Assembly (NCBI GenBank): GCA_964019425.1
Contig: OZ025788.1
Location: 496,001-560,000 of the forward strand
Reading direction: 5' to 3'
DNA from: Flectonema sp. DT1601
Lineage: Eukaryota
DNA length: 64,000 nt
Shown here: positions 23,100 through 35,326 of the stretch, piece after piece
Layout: the number at the start of each line of letters is the position of its first letter
How positions within the stretch are numbered: position 1 is the stretch's first letter
Made by a program: the position numbers and the translations under genes
Notes under the pieces: model-generated
Database searches by the model: none
What the model saw: only the letters and a program-made list of their open reading frames with translations
Told to the model about the DNA's origin: nothing

Positions 23100-24326
23100 A
23101 TGAATTTATCATGGTTAGTAGTGATGGTGATTGCTATTGCATTCTATGTTCACTCACAAGCAGAGATGGATGCTATCGCAGGATGCGTCAAGGATGGATC
23201 TTCTCTCAGTACCGGATGTTTCTTCAGTGAGACTTATTGGGAAGCACGTGAGAAGTTTAGAAAGGCTACTTCTGAAGCAGATTGGAACTTAGAGTCAATC
23301 CCAATTTCTGAAGGCAGCATGTACACCATGGACTTTGCATACAAACCAGCAAAGGGAGTTGCAAAGCACACAATTATACATCTTTCTGGAACTCATGGTG
23401 TTGAAGGTTACGCTGGATCAGCCGTCCAATTGAGCATCTTAGACAATTACAAAAATAATAAAAACATCCCAGACGATACAGCAGTAGTATTGGTTCATCC
23501 TATGAATCCATACGGCATGGCTCACAATAGAAGATGGAATGAAAACAATGTTGATTTAAATAGAAACGGCATGTACGATCTCGCTGAATTTGAATCTGTG
23601 AAATCCCGTGACCCAAACATCGCTGGATATTTAGATCACGATGCGTTCATTAACCCAAAGGGTGCTCCTTGTCTTTCCGATCAGATTGTTGTATTCTTCA
23701 AGGCAGCATTATCAATCGCTGAGAATGGATTCGATGCGTTAAAACGCGCTTTAGTAGCAGCACAGTATGTCAAACCAGAAGGTATCTTCTACGGTGGAAC
23801 AGAAATCCAACCAAGTTACGTTATCTTAAAGAAGTATCTGGAAAGCAAGAAACTACACGAAACGACTGCAAAGGTTACTATTCTTGATGTACATACGGGT
23901 TTAGGTCCAAAGGGTGTTGACACGTTGATGGTGGACAGTATTGAAGACTTTAAATTAGCAACAAAACAATTTAAAATTACAAGTGACATGCGAACAAAAG
24001 TCGAACCACTTGACGGAAGCAACAGCGGATCTCAAGCAGCAAGTGGCTATGATCTAACTAGAGGTGTTAACAGTCATGCGATGAAACATATCTTCTCGAA
24101 GGCTACCTCATTTCTTGGAGTCTGCCAAGAGTTTGGTACCCTCCCTGGAGTACTCGTAGCTAGGGCACTAATCTTAGAAAACATGGCTTACCAATACGAT
24201 CCAGTACACCAACCATACTGGTCTCAGTACACACGTGATGCCTTCTACTGTCGTGACGAGCCATGGAGAGAAGCAGTACTAAACAGAGGAACAACTATCT
24301 TCTTCCAAAGTGTGAAATTTGAATAA
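23100..24326 (+). CDS. DUF2817 / M14-like zinc carboxypeptidase with N-terminal signal or anchor
   Basis: SGTHGVEGYAGSAVQ (HxxE), NPYGMAHNRRWNENNVDLNRN, PEGIFYGG, DVHTGLG, QEFGT. Hydrophobic N-terminus. Confidence 0.88.
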   Translation: MNLSWLVVMVIAIAFYVHSQAEMDAIAGCVKDGSSLSTGCFFSETYWEAREKFRKATSEADWNLESIPISEGSMYTMDFAYKPAKGVAKHTIIHLSGTHGVEGYAGSAVQLSILDNYKNNKNIPDDTAVVLVHPMNPYGMAHNRRWNENNVDLNRNGMYDLAEFESVKSRDPNIAGYLDHDAFINPKGAPCLSDQIVVFFKAALSIAENGFDALKRALVAAQYVKPEGIFYGGTEIQPSYVILKKYLESKKLHETTAKVTILDVHTGLGPKGVDTLMVDSIEDFKLATKQFKITSDMRTKVEPLDGSNSGSQAASGYDLTRGVNSHAMKHIFSKATSFLGVCQEFGTLPGVLVARALILENMAYQYDPVHQPYWSQYTRDAFYCRDEPWREAVLNRGTTIFFQSVKFE

Positions 24327-24815
24327 TCAAATGAAATAATTTAGTGACTTCCTGAAAGGAGATAAATCTCATAATGAGTGTTACACAAGTTCATTAAGGA
24401 AGGAAATAAAAAAAACAAAACCTGTGTGGGGTGCTTACTTGCAGGAAATCAAAAGTTTTCTGAGTCTACCCTGCTGTTGGAGGAAAAAACAAAGAACCAA
24501 AGAAACTTTTTACGAATTAAAAATGAAGAGCAATTACTACTTCTTTACGCATGAGGAAAGAGAATGAAATCTTACAATATGCATAGATTAAGCGTGCACA
24601 CTACCATGCGCACGCTACTCTCTCACTCATTTTCCTTTCCTATTTCGATTTCGATTTCGTGTGCATGTGTTCTCTTGTGTATAGTTAATAGTCAAGGAGT
24701 GGGTTCTTTCTCAAGTGTACACTCTTTTCTTTCGCTGCTGTTGTGAAAGTGTAATTCCTAAAGGTGTATTTTGTTATTTTTCCACTTTTTTAGTACCTCA
24801 AAAAACATCAAAATA

Positions 24816-26605
24816 ATGATCGTCGGGATTGTTGGGAATCATGAGGAAGGGTACGTAGAGCATGCTGTTGGTCTTTTATTAGATTCTGAATCATTAATTG
24901 GAAATGATGAGATGGAAGAAAACGGATGCTTCACAGGAGAGATAACTCTTAGCGGAGGGTTGCAAGGTGACATTGAATTGAGATTAGGAAAAGATAAAGA
25001 AACTAGTTTAGTTGTTTATTGTTGTGGAACTGCCATACCTGAAGAGATCTTAAATGCGAGCCCGTCATCAAAGCAACCGGCATTTGCTCTGCTTGTCGAA
25101 GACCCTGACACCGTACCAGAAGACTTGTACGACAACAAATGGTTTTTAGGTGCCTTCGGGTACGATGAAATAGAATCAGTTTTGTGGTCACTATACCACG
25201 CAGCTAACTGTCCAGCACATGTTTTGTGGGACAGGCCTCGTATTAATTACACTGCTGCTGGAAGGAGAGCAATCGTTAGGTTGTTTTGGTTTTTTGACTC
25301 CGACATGGATGGTGTTCTGAATCAGTCAGAAATATCAAACTTATTTAAACACATTACTAACAAACAAAATACTGAACTTCATGAACAAGTTAAACGCACA
25401 CTTGAGCAGGTTGAGGATTCACAAAAAGACTTAGCCATTAAAGATTTTACAAAAAATGGTAACCTAACTCAAAGTGGATTATTATCACTTTGTGAGGGTT
25501 GGTTATCTGATGGAGGTGCTGAAGACTACTGGACTAACTTAGAAGGATTGTGGAGAGCTCTGGAATATTCCGGATTAGGAAATAACGGAAATCCATGGTC
25601 TGCTCACGACTTATCTAGTTTGTCACTCGATGCAGAAGCAGGTGAAATGGTTCAGCTTTCCAGCACCGCAGTGCAATTTCTAACTCAAGTTTATAATGAA
25701 AAGTTCAGCAACCCACATGAAATGTGGAAATTCACACCGGCAACATCCGAAACCTCTGCTGGTGAGACCCCTTGGGCTTACATTCCTTGCCTTCCTGGAT
25801 CAAAAGAACAACCTGCAGAGTACACCTGTGAAATGTTTATCAGTAGTTGGAGATTCTTGAGTACTATTAAGTTCCAGCATTTGGTCGTATTCGCTCGGTG
25901 CTGGGGATTTCCACAGCACGAAGATCCGAAGGTGTTATTTATTAAGAAGAAGAAAAGACAATTTAGAGAACAAGAAGAAGATTTACCAAACGTCTTACAA
26001 TGTTTGATTTTAGGATCACCGAAATGTGGGAAGAGTGCTTTGAGACAAAGGCTGTTGTCAGGAACCCCTCCGAGTGAGGAGGAGTCGTATTCTCCAACAA
26101 CTACTCATTCGGTTACATTAGTTCCAATTAATACTGATGAGGGATTTGATTTAGTATTGCATGAAATACCTGACAAAGAAGTAGCAACTCTCCTCAAAAA
26201 TGAAAAATTCATGTCTCGAATAGACAGCATTCTCCTCTGCTACGACGCTGACGACGTCTACAGCTTTAGTTACATCGCAGAGAAATATCCTCTTATTGTG
26301 AAACACACTAAACTGCCTGTATGTTTTATAAATTATTCTTTCTCAGTTTGGGCGAAATAAAACAAAACAAAACAAAACAAAACAAAACAAAACAAAACAA
26401 AACAAAACAAAACAGACGCTCCTATTAATGACTAAAATGGATTTGGCTGGAGACGGCTTAAGCAATCTCCAAGACCAGGAATATACATGTCAACCGAATG
26501 AATTCGCAGATAAAAATGGGCTTTGTTGGCCTCCAGCAATGGTTTCTGCTGTGGCACCTGAGGAGTCTGCGGTATGTGTTGATGAGCTGTGGAATAAAAA
26601 AAAAC

Positions 26606-26644
<39 letters not shown>

Positions 26645-26820
26645 AGTCAAACGACATCGGTGACCTTCCCATCAGTATCAGTTTGTTGTGTAGATATCCT
26701 GAAGATTTTAATGTACAGCAACAAGGCGGAGTCTGTAAAATGGCAAAGCGATTCGTTCTTCTCAGTTTGTTGAGCAGCACGTTAGCGATTGCTTATAAAG
26801 TTGTGAAACGGAAGATCTAA
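24816..26820 (+). CDS. Mitochondrial Rho (Miro)-like protein, join(24816..26318,26416..26571,26647..26820)
   Basis: RAIVRLFWFFDSDMDGVLNQSEI EF-hand. C-terminal GTPase with ILGSPKCGKSAL, LLCYD..D..SF and spliced KLP|TLLLMTKMDL. Tail anchor RFVLLSLLSSTLAIAYKVVKRKI*. Confidence 0.85.
26319..26415 (+). other. Spliceosomal intron (97 nt) containing an (AAAAC)n microsatellite
   Basis: GTATGT...(aaaac)n AG, phase 0; restores the G4 TKxD motif. Confidence 0.9.
26572..26646 (+). other. Spliceosomal intron (75 nt) with poly-A
   Basis: GTATGT...poly-A CAG, phase 0; restores the tail anchor. Confidence 0.88.
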
Positions 26821-27585
26821 AACTGTTTTCAGACACCAGTTTGGATTTCACACAACACGCACTGCGACCGAGTGCGGACTAGAGAAAGCAACGATACAGT
26901 TTACTATTGCAGAAGGTTAAGATTATTCCACTGTTGAGCTTGATGAATTACAAGTAGCTTCTCTGTTCAGGAAAGACACAAAAAAAAACAAAAGAACGAA
27001 GAATCTACTGAAGCAAAGAAAAGAAAAAAAAGTGTTGCCGCAATTCGAAATCAATACGCACTACACTATTGAAAACACGACAAAAGGAACTCTAACTTAA
27101 AACAACTAGATTGCTTTTATAAGCAAAATAAATTTTTTGCTCGAAGAGAACGAATAAAAAGAACAAAGCCAGATTGGTTAAGATTCCAGACATTATTGCC
27201 ACCCCACTTGGTGGGTAAGGGACGAACGCAATTGGTCATACAGCTTATACCCTCCCAACCACTAGATAAGGAATTATGATGATTTCTTTTTTTCTTTCTT
27301 TTTTTTCTTTATTGATTTCCCTTTGCTTTGCTTTGGTTTTTATTTTTATTTTTATTAGGAGAAAAGAAATTTTATTATTGTTATTTTTTGAATCTAAAAA
27401 AAAAAAAAAAAAAAAAAATAATAAAAATTAAGAACGAGTAAAGTAGTCATCCAATACCCGTAGAAATGTTGGATATCTGAGTTGCTTGTTTGCTTTGTTA
27501 GTGGTCGTAGTCACGTTCACAACGTTAGTTTATTGTTTCTCAATCATGTTATTTTCCCCTTCTTATCTAGGGTATTTCAATCACA

Positions 27586-30500
27586 ATGGGCGAGCCATCA
27601 GATAATGGACTGCGAATCCGCCCGATTATACCCCGTCCGGCATTGAAATGGTGTACATCAGCAGACACATACTTCGCAAAGATTATGACTGAAGTTGCTA
27701 AGGGAGCGAAACTTATAAAAAGAGCTGTTGTAGTGAGTTCTGATTCGATATTTATATGTGACCCCACAGGGATAGTTGTGAGGGTATTGAGCATTTCAAG
27801 TGTAAAAGAGTGTTTTACTCAAGACGTTATAATTTCAAAAAAAATGGGACTCACAAAGGAGGTAATAAACCACGTCTTACTAAAGATTCCTGAAGAAATG
27901 GATGTATTGCTATCCCAACCGCAGGATCCAAAAAATGGTTCCCATGATCCGCTTGAGTTTGTTAATATATTAGCAGAGCTTAAGAGATGCTGTGGGTCGC
28001 AGTTACCCATAATTAGTCTACCAAAAGAAGGTTCGGATAACATAACAAATATGTGTAATTACACACCACCAGTGTCGTACATTGACACTAGTACTCGTAT
28101 AAGGAAACACAAAGCTGATATTGAAGCTGCAAGCGGATCACGAAAATCAAAAGTTCAAAACGCTGTGTTTGTTTCAAATACCGGAAAGTTAGAAAAACTA
28201 TCTCTAACCAGAACCGGTCAATTAGAGTGGAGGAGAGACGATACAGTTTTACTACCGGCAGTCGCAATGTTAGACTTTTCAAATGGGATGTTGTCAGCTC
28301 CAGGAACTGGAGTTACTTCTGAAGTGTCTGGTCTTGATCCTATAATTAAAAGAGATTTACTTAGGAAGATTGGTCTTCTTGCTGCCTATGCTTGCGCTAA
28401 AGTAACTGGAATACCGGTACCAAGTAAACGACACCATCACATCGAAAAATCTAATCAAAATGACTACGAGATGCTTATCACTGGAGAAGGAAAACAAATT
28501 GATCTACCAATTCACAGTATTACAAGAATCGTTACTGCTGATTATGGGATTAAGGATGCTCAGATTGATGTAAAGGAAATAGTTTCTTCATATTTACAGC
28601 AAGGAGGGTTACAACTTCTGGTTCGTTCAGATGTTCTTGGATCTGATCCTAGCCCAGGACAGCAAAAGAGTCTGACAATTCTTTATGAACCAAGTCTAAG
28701 TAAACCTGATGAGATACAAACGCCTTTAACTGAAGGCATTGTAAGAAATTATGGAATTGAACAAGACATGGCTCCAAGACCTCCATCGACTAGTAGTCAA
28801 GTATCATCAAGAGGTGGGTCGAGTTACAGACATGATCCTTATAAATGTAGTCAATCAGAAGATGGAGGTGAGGATGTTGAAGTAATCGGATCAACTGCTT
28901 CACTGAGTTCTTCATTTAGTAGCTACGCTTACAGCACTGCGAGTAGTACCCCTCATCCACCTAGTCCTGTACCTAACACTGCTCCAGGTTATATCTCTCC
29001 TGGTGTTGGTAGTCAGCAGGGAACTATGCCATTCTCAACATATGTTCAGAGAGGACCTCATAACATGGCAATAAATAGTCCAATGTTGGCTGCTTCAAGT
29101 TCTGAATCTTGTCCTCCATTAATGCATACTTATGATTCTGATTCATCATTGTCTCGTAGGAGTTCAGTTCATTCATCTCTCTCTGCTACTCACAATAGAT
29201 TATCGCCTTATTCACAGCAACAACAACAACAGCAACAACAACAACAGCAACAACAGCAGCAACCGCCTCAACAGCAACAGCAACAGCAACCGCCTCAACA
29301 GCAACAGCATCCCGTCATCCCACCTTCTCCAACATTTATACCCGGAATGGAGCCGAATCATTCTGTTTCTAGCTCTCTTCCTACTTCAGAACCTCCTATC
29401 TTATTAGATTCAACAGGTCATTTAGATGGTTCTTTTTTAGTACAAAGTGATGGTATAAAATCTAATCAAGACTATAATGGAAATATGCAACAACCTCAAA
29501 TTCAACTTACTCAACAGCAGCCACAACAGGCTGTTGAGTTGTGGCAACAGCAGCAGCAGCAGATGTTTGTACCACAACAACAACAACAACAAGTTATGTA
29601 TCAACATAGTCATCATCAGTTTGCTCAACCAACACCATCTCCTCGTCAACATGTTGATCCGTCAACTCAAAGTACAACTCCGTCTACTACTACAACTCCT
29701 GCGTCAAGATCAGGACCAGTCCGCAGTAAGGGTTTTGTTGAATTCACTGACACTGATGGTGACTTAGTTAGATTTCAGGACGTTGGGTCTGGTACTATAG
29801 AGCTGTCAGTTAATCATAAGGTTTGTTGCGGTTTTTATTTAAATAACTAAAGATCTCTCCTTTTAGTGAAACAAACAAACAACAACAGGTACTCGGACAC
29901 ATGAAGTCCCTAGACTACGATGCGTCACTCGGATTGCTACGTGACGGTATCGGAGGATGCACACTTCCGCTGGTATGTTATGATTATGATTAGATTTATT
30001 GTAGCTTCTTCTGTTTAGAACTAACAAGAATAACAACAAACAGGCTCGTAAAAAGGGTTTAGAGTCCAGACTAGCATGGCTTGCAGAATCCGCTGGTGCG
30101 GCCCACAATATAAAAGCTGATGGGCCGATGTGTTTCGATATTAAAATGAACTACAAGGAAGAACCTTTAGGTCTTGCCTTTGAAGGATTAGCTGATCACA
30201 CAGTCAGGATTAAAGACGTTACATCAACATCACCTTGTGGTCGTGCTGGAGTGGTTTGCGGAATTATTGCATCCCTAGACTGTCAGCCTGTCAAGTGTGG
30301 TGACGACCTTAGAAGAATTGTTGGTGCTATTCGTGAGTCAGGTAGAACTGATTTTTCTTTGGAAATTATAAAAAAACCAAAGCAAGATGCGACATTCGCA
30401 CCTGCTCAGGATGCTGCTGTTGTTCCAGCCCCTGTTCCAAACATTCCGGGACAGAATATGCCACAAGCTTCTCACAAATCTAGTAAACAGCGTCAAAAGA

Positions 30501-31012
30501 ATCAAAAAGCAAAGGAACAGCGCAACGACGCCCTCGTTCGTTTGTTTGTTTTATTTAAATATGGAAGACGAGCGGAATACGCCAGCAATCAACGAGTTCC
30601 CCTCGGGGCTCATGTTTTAGTTGAAAGTAGAGAAGGAGTTGATTTGGGACTAGTTGCTGGTGCACGTCTGGGTGGTAGAAAAGATGACAAGTATCGAGTT
30701 CAAAGAATCGCAACAGAAGCGGAGGTTGGAATTTGGAGAAAGGCCGTCGCTGATGAAAATGCTGCCCTCGCGATTGCCCACCGGATTGCTGCAGGCAACC
30801 CAAATATGGAAATACACAGATGTGAGTATCAATTTGATCGTAAAAAAGTAACATTTCACTTCTCTGGTAAAGTATCTAGGGCTCAACAACAGACATTTAT
30901 CCAGCAAGCATCATCATTTGGATGTAAAGTTGCTCTTAACAATTGTCAGCCTCCAGCTGGTGAACGAGGCGATCCTATTGACCTGTCAGCACCTGCAATA
31001 CCAGTTCTCTAA
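27586..31012 (+). CDS. Multidomain protein (PH-like N-terminus, DUF3395-like segment, poly-Q, PDZ-like, PSP1 C-terminal domain), join(27586..29820,29889..29972,30044..31012)
   Basis: Two phase-0 introns join the 754-aa and 294-aa ORFs without stops. PSP1-C: VLVESREGVDLGLV...MEIHRCEYQFDRKKVTFHF. PDZ-like: EPLGLAF...SPCGRAGV. ADYG...DPSPGQQKSLTILY segment. Confidence 0.8.
29215..29307 (+). repeat. CAA/CAG poly-glutamine coding repeat
   Basis: (cag/caa)n run encoding the poly-Q tract. Confidence 0.9.
29821..29888 (+). other. Spliceosomal intron (68 nt)
   Basis: GTTTGT...aaacaaacaaacaacaacAG, phase 0. Confidence 0.82.
29973..30043 (+). other. Spliceosomal intron (71 nt)
   Basis: GTATGT...aataacaacaaacAG, phase 0. 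Confidence 0.85.
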
Positions 31013-31924
31013 TATGTAGTAGAATGTCGTCTGACTTAGCTTTACTACGAGATTTATTTTTGACCGACGAAGAAGAAACTGTTCAGATTAAGATCCGTTT
31101 TATTTATCATGTCACTGCTTATCTGAATGGTTTCCGAATGGTTTCCAAATTTTTTTTTTCCGTTTCAATTCCGTTATGCTTAAAAAAAAAAAAAAAAAAA
31201 AAAAAAAGAAGAAACTGTGATAAGTTTTTTTTTCTTTTTTTTTTTCCCCTTTTCCCCTAATTATTTTGCTAAAGATGGCGTAATGATAACTAAGTTTTCG
31301 GTTTTTGGTAATATAAATCAACTCGCCTTTGAGTTGTTAGGATTTTAGTCATTCCCTTATCGATGTTTGTTTCCTCGCCTTCTCCATTTATCCTTCTAAA
31401 GCGATCTGGTGCATCGATGCTTTAAAAAGCTCCTATTAATTGTCAGTGTCGGTTTGCTGAAGGGTGAATCGTTGCGGATTTTAAATTTCTATTCTCCCCT
31501 TTTAAAGTTGCGATATTGCGTCCCTGTTTGGTTTAAGGAAAGTAACACACAACGCGATGACAGACATACAAAAGAAAAAAAAAAAATCGCGGACAGGAAC
31601 TGTGTCATAGTAAATACTCACTTGAGAGAAAAAACATAAAATTTTAAAAGAAAAAAAAAGAATTAAAAGAAATTAAGAGCTTTTTCCCATTTCGTTTTAA
31701 CTTAAAATGCAACCGAGTTAGTTCATAAACTACAGCCCTTATGTTAATTCCATTTTAGTGTTCTATTTTGGTCTAGAATGCTAATCTGACAGTGTTTTTC
31801 TTGCAAGAAGGGCTCAAAAGAAAAGAAAAAGAAGAAAAAAAACCCACACACGACATTCCTGTTTTTTTAATAATTTTTTATTTATCATGATCTTTTCCGC
31901 TGAAAAAAAAAAAAAAAAAAAAAA

Positions 31925-32868
31925 GGGAAAACCCCTAATTCCGCACAAAGTTTTTCAAGATTTCAACACAACGTTTGCAAAATCCGCCAGCTCCACACAC
32001 AAAGTTTGAAAAAACTGCCAGCTCCACACAAATTATCGTACAGGCTTATAGGTGCTTCAGGTCCTGATAGTGTTCTCAGCCTCCGGAAATTTTACTGAGT
32101 GCATGCAAAGAACGGTATGTGTGCAGGCTGGGCTGGGTCACCTTACAGAGAGCTGTTGTCCTCTTACACGTCATTCCAACCGAATTTCAAGGCCAAGACA
32201 CCTGCGAGCTACAGACAGCCTGGTCGCAAGCGACCGGGTTATCAGGATATCTAACTCATGCAGACATGAGAGCCTTTTTTAAGGCTACCTTAAATTATCA
32301 AGAGCACAGTACTGCCCGAAGGGTTCCCGCGTGTCAACAAGACGCAATTGCATGTACTCAGCAGAATTTCCAGAAAGAAGATTACTTTATCATTTCCCAA
32401 GTGATCACATCATTGACCGTTTGTTATTACCTTTCAATCAATCCATTAGCGTGCATCTATAAATGTGTTGAATAGGAAAGTAAACGGGTTGAAGCAATAG
32501 ACCTTTTGTCAAAGTAATATTATTTTTAAATGAAAGCAAATTGAGTAAACTGAGTAATACTTTTTGTTACATGGCAGGGATACCCATACCTGTGAAAGTT
32601 TGGGCAGTTGCATTGGTGGTCTTTGTTTGCTACCCAACCCTTCCCGTCCCTGCGCACTCGTGTTCCCCGCCCACCAATTCTGTCAGTAGCATATTTCACC
32701 TTTGGAAGCGGTGCAACTTGGACATTTTTTTTTTTTTCAGAAAAAATTTTTTTTCTCAAAAAGAATTTTAAGGGGAAAAAAAAAATGTGTGGAGCTGGCG
32801 GTTTTTCGAAACTTTGTGTTGAAATCAGGATTTTTGAAAAACTGTGGAATTAGATTAGAGGTTGTCCC
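31925..32868 (-). mobile_element. Non-autonomous Mutator-like (MULE) DNA transposon with long imperfect TIRs and a SWIM zinc-finger relic
   Basis: Left end gggaaaacccctaattccgcacaaagtttttcaagatttcaacacaacg...ccgccagctccacaca matches the reverse complement of 32786-32868 (gggacaacctctaatctaattccacagtttttc...gatttcaacacaaag...ccgccagctccacaca). Poly-A flanks both sides. Minus-strand CNCPNFHRYGYPCHV at ~32568-32612. Confidence 0.78.
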
Positions 32869-33044
32869 AAAAAAAAAAAAAAACCCTGGCTTCCTTTTTT
32901 TTTTTTTCTTCTTTTTTTTCTTTTCTCTTATTTGCGGTTAATATTGTCAACAATAACCAAAAAAAGAAAAAAAAAAAAAAAAAAAAACTAGACGTGGTTG
33001 ATCTCTGGAAATCGTTGAAATGAACCTGAAGTGTGGTAGTCTGA

Positions 33045-33045
33045 T

Positions 33046-33076
<31 letters not shown>

Positions 33077-33078
33077 TT
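33045..33078. repeat. (TTTA)n microsatellite
   Basis: About 8 copies read directly. Confidence 0.85.
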
Positions 33079-35326
33079 CTAAAAGGTTGCTTTCAAGGCC
33101 AAAAAATCATCGCCATTGATTCAACACAATTTGCGATAAAAAGAAAAAAAAAAAAAAAAAAAAACTTATACAGATTCTTACTACATGTAAAATTGATTTA
33201 TTTTTATTTTTGGAAAAAAACAGGAAAAAAAAGTTTTACTTTGCATGAGGTTTTCTTATGTATTTTCCCTTCTTCTCGCTATTGCTCCTTGAGCTTAATA
33301 ATACGGTATCAACACCCCCTTTTTTTTTTCTTGTATTTTTTTTTCTTAAACCATTCCCTCGTCGCATGAGAACGACACGTATGCTGAGTGGTACGCCCCA
33401 TCCAGACAAGAATCTGTGTCACGGTTTTTGCCGAAATCGTACATGTTCTTTTTTTTTTTGTTTAAAAAAAAAAATTGTGAGCCTATGGTGATTGAAAAGC
33501 ACGGTACGTATTCTGATTAACGGAATGCATCTGTATATTTCATTGTGATGTATGACTCTGAGTGAGTAGTATTTTTTTCTCGTTTTCTGTAGTGCTAATT
33601 GAATTTTCTTATCGAACATCATTACAGAGCTTCTTCCAATCGCAGGAAAAGTATTACTGTTAATTGCCTCTCTAATTTCAATATTCCTTTGTTTGAATGG
33701 TTTTTTTCTTTTTCTCAAGCCGGCCTCGTTTTGTTGTTTCCTTCAATAGGTTTCAATCACAATAGAATCGTCACGAACGAAGTTTCTGTTGTCGGGTTTA
33801 TTTACAATGTATTCCTGGCCACTTGCGTATTTTGCCTTCATCATTTCTTCCAAAGGAAAATATTTCTTCCTCTTTACTTGTGTAATCAAAATGAATTGAA
33901 AGTCGACTGAACTGAGGTTTATGTTTTCCTCATTTTTCTTTCTTTTCCGCCCTTCTTTTTCTCTTTTCCTTTTAGGTTGCTGTTCGTTTTGTCAGCAAAA
34001 AAAAAAAAAAAAAAAAAAATGAACGGGTGGGAAGAAACAAAAAGCAAAAAAAAAAAAAAAAAATAATAATAATAAATAACAACAACAACGAACACTACTA
34101 TACTTTCCCATTTATATATACACAGTCAGAATCTTATTCAACCATCACTTTTCTGCTACATCTCTCCCGCAAAAGAGTAATCGGAGAGCACTCGCTTCGA
34201 GTCTGAGAGCTCCACCACTACATGGTGACAAGTTGTGATGCGATCCTTGTAATTTTTGACGAGATGCATTAAATACCGCTTTAATCAAAATTTTCGCGAA
34301 AGAAATTGTGAAGAATTTTGTCCCTAAAATAAGATTCTGATTGACAGGGATACTCTCTCTTAGTCTCGGAAAAAAAAAAAAAAAAGGAAAAAAAAAACGG
34401 TCTTTTCCCCTGCATTCAAAAGACCCCTTCAATAGAATTTTTTTTTTCGCACCACATGTTGTTAAGTCTAACAAGAATTCATACTGTGACGTAAAACTCT
34501 GTAAGCGATGGTGACAAGATGGGCCTTCAAACTAAAACCTTAGCGAGCCTATGTTTTCTTCAACTCCCATAGAAATTAATTATAAATCACTAACTCGCTA
34601 AAAAAAAAATAATATACTAGCTTGTCTCAAGGAGAATTTTGCATCGATTATTTATCTCTTTTTTGTTCTCTCTTGTTTCAGTTTTACATTTTTTTTTTTT
34701 TTAAATAGTTTTTTTTTTCCTTTTTTTTTTTTTTTTTCCCTTCTCTTTTTTGTAAGAACCGGCCTTTGCCTGTTTTGCAATTTAACAATTGCCATTGGTC
34801 TGTGTGATTTACAAAGAAAACCACCGAAACATAATAAGGCATTCTCTGTACCCACTTTCTTCTGTTTTGATGTGGGTGTGGTTGCATTCCCTGTGAGGTT
34901 GTGTTCTTTCTTTATTTGAGGTAAGTGAGAGTTATTAAATCTCACTTTATACTCGAAACTATTTGGTACCAATTTTACGAATGAAAAAAAAACAAGAAGA
35001 GAAAAAAAAGGAAGAAAAAAAAATTGATACCGTTTTTGCGAGCATTCTTAGTCAGCTATGAAGGAATTAATGTATTTTTTATTATTTCAGAGAAGGTGAG
35101 TTCTCCGTTGGTCCCATACTTCCCCCGTTGCCGTCTTTTGCACTGAAGTTCTCTACCCAAACCCGCAATGCAATTAGTGAAGTGCTGATAAGGGATTGTG
35201 TCTTAAGCATCGTACTGTTCCCCCTCCTCGACAGTAGGATACTTTTTATATATTCATCCGGTATCTTTGGTTGTTACTCACTCAGCTTATTTCTATCACT
35301 TGCAGCAAACTCGACAAAAAAAAAAA

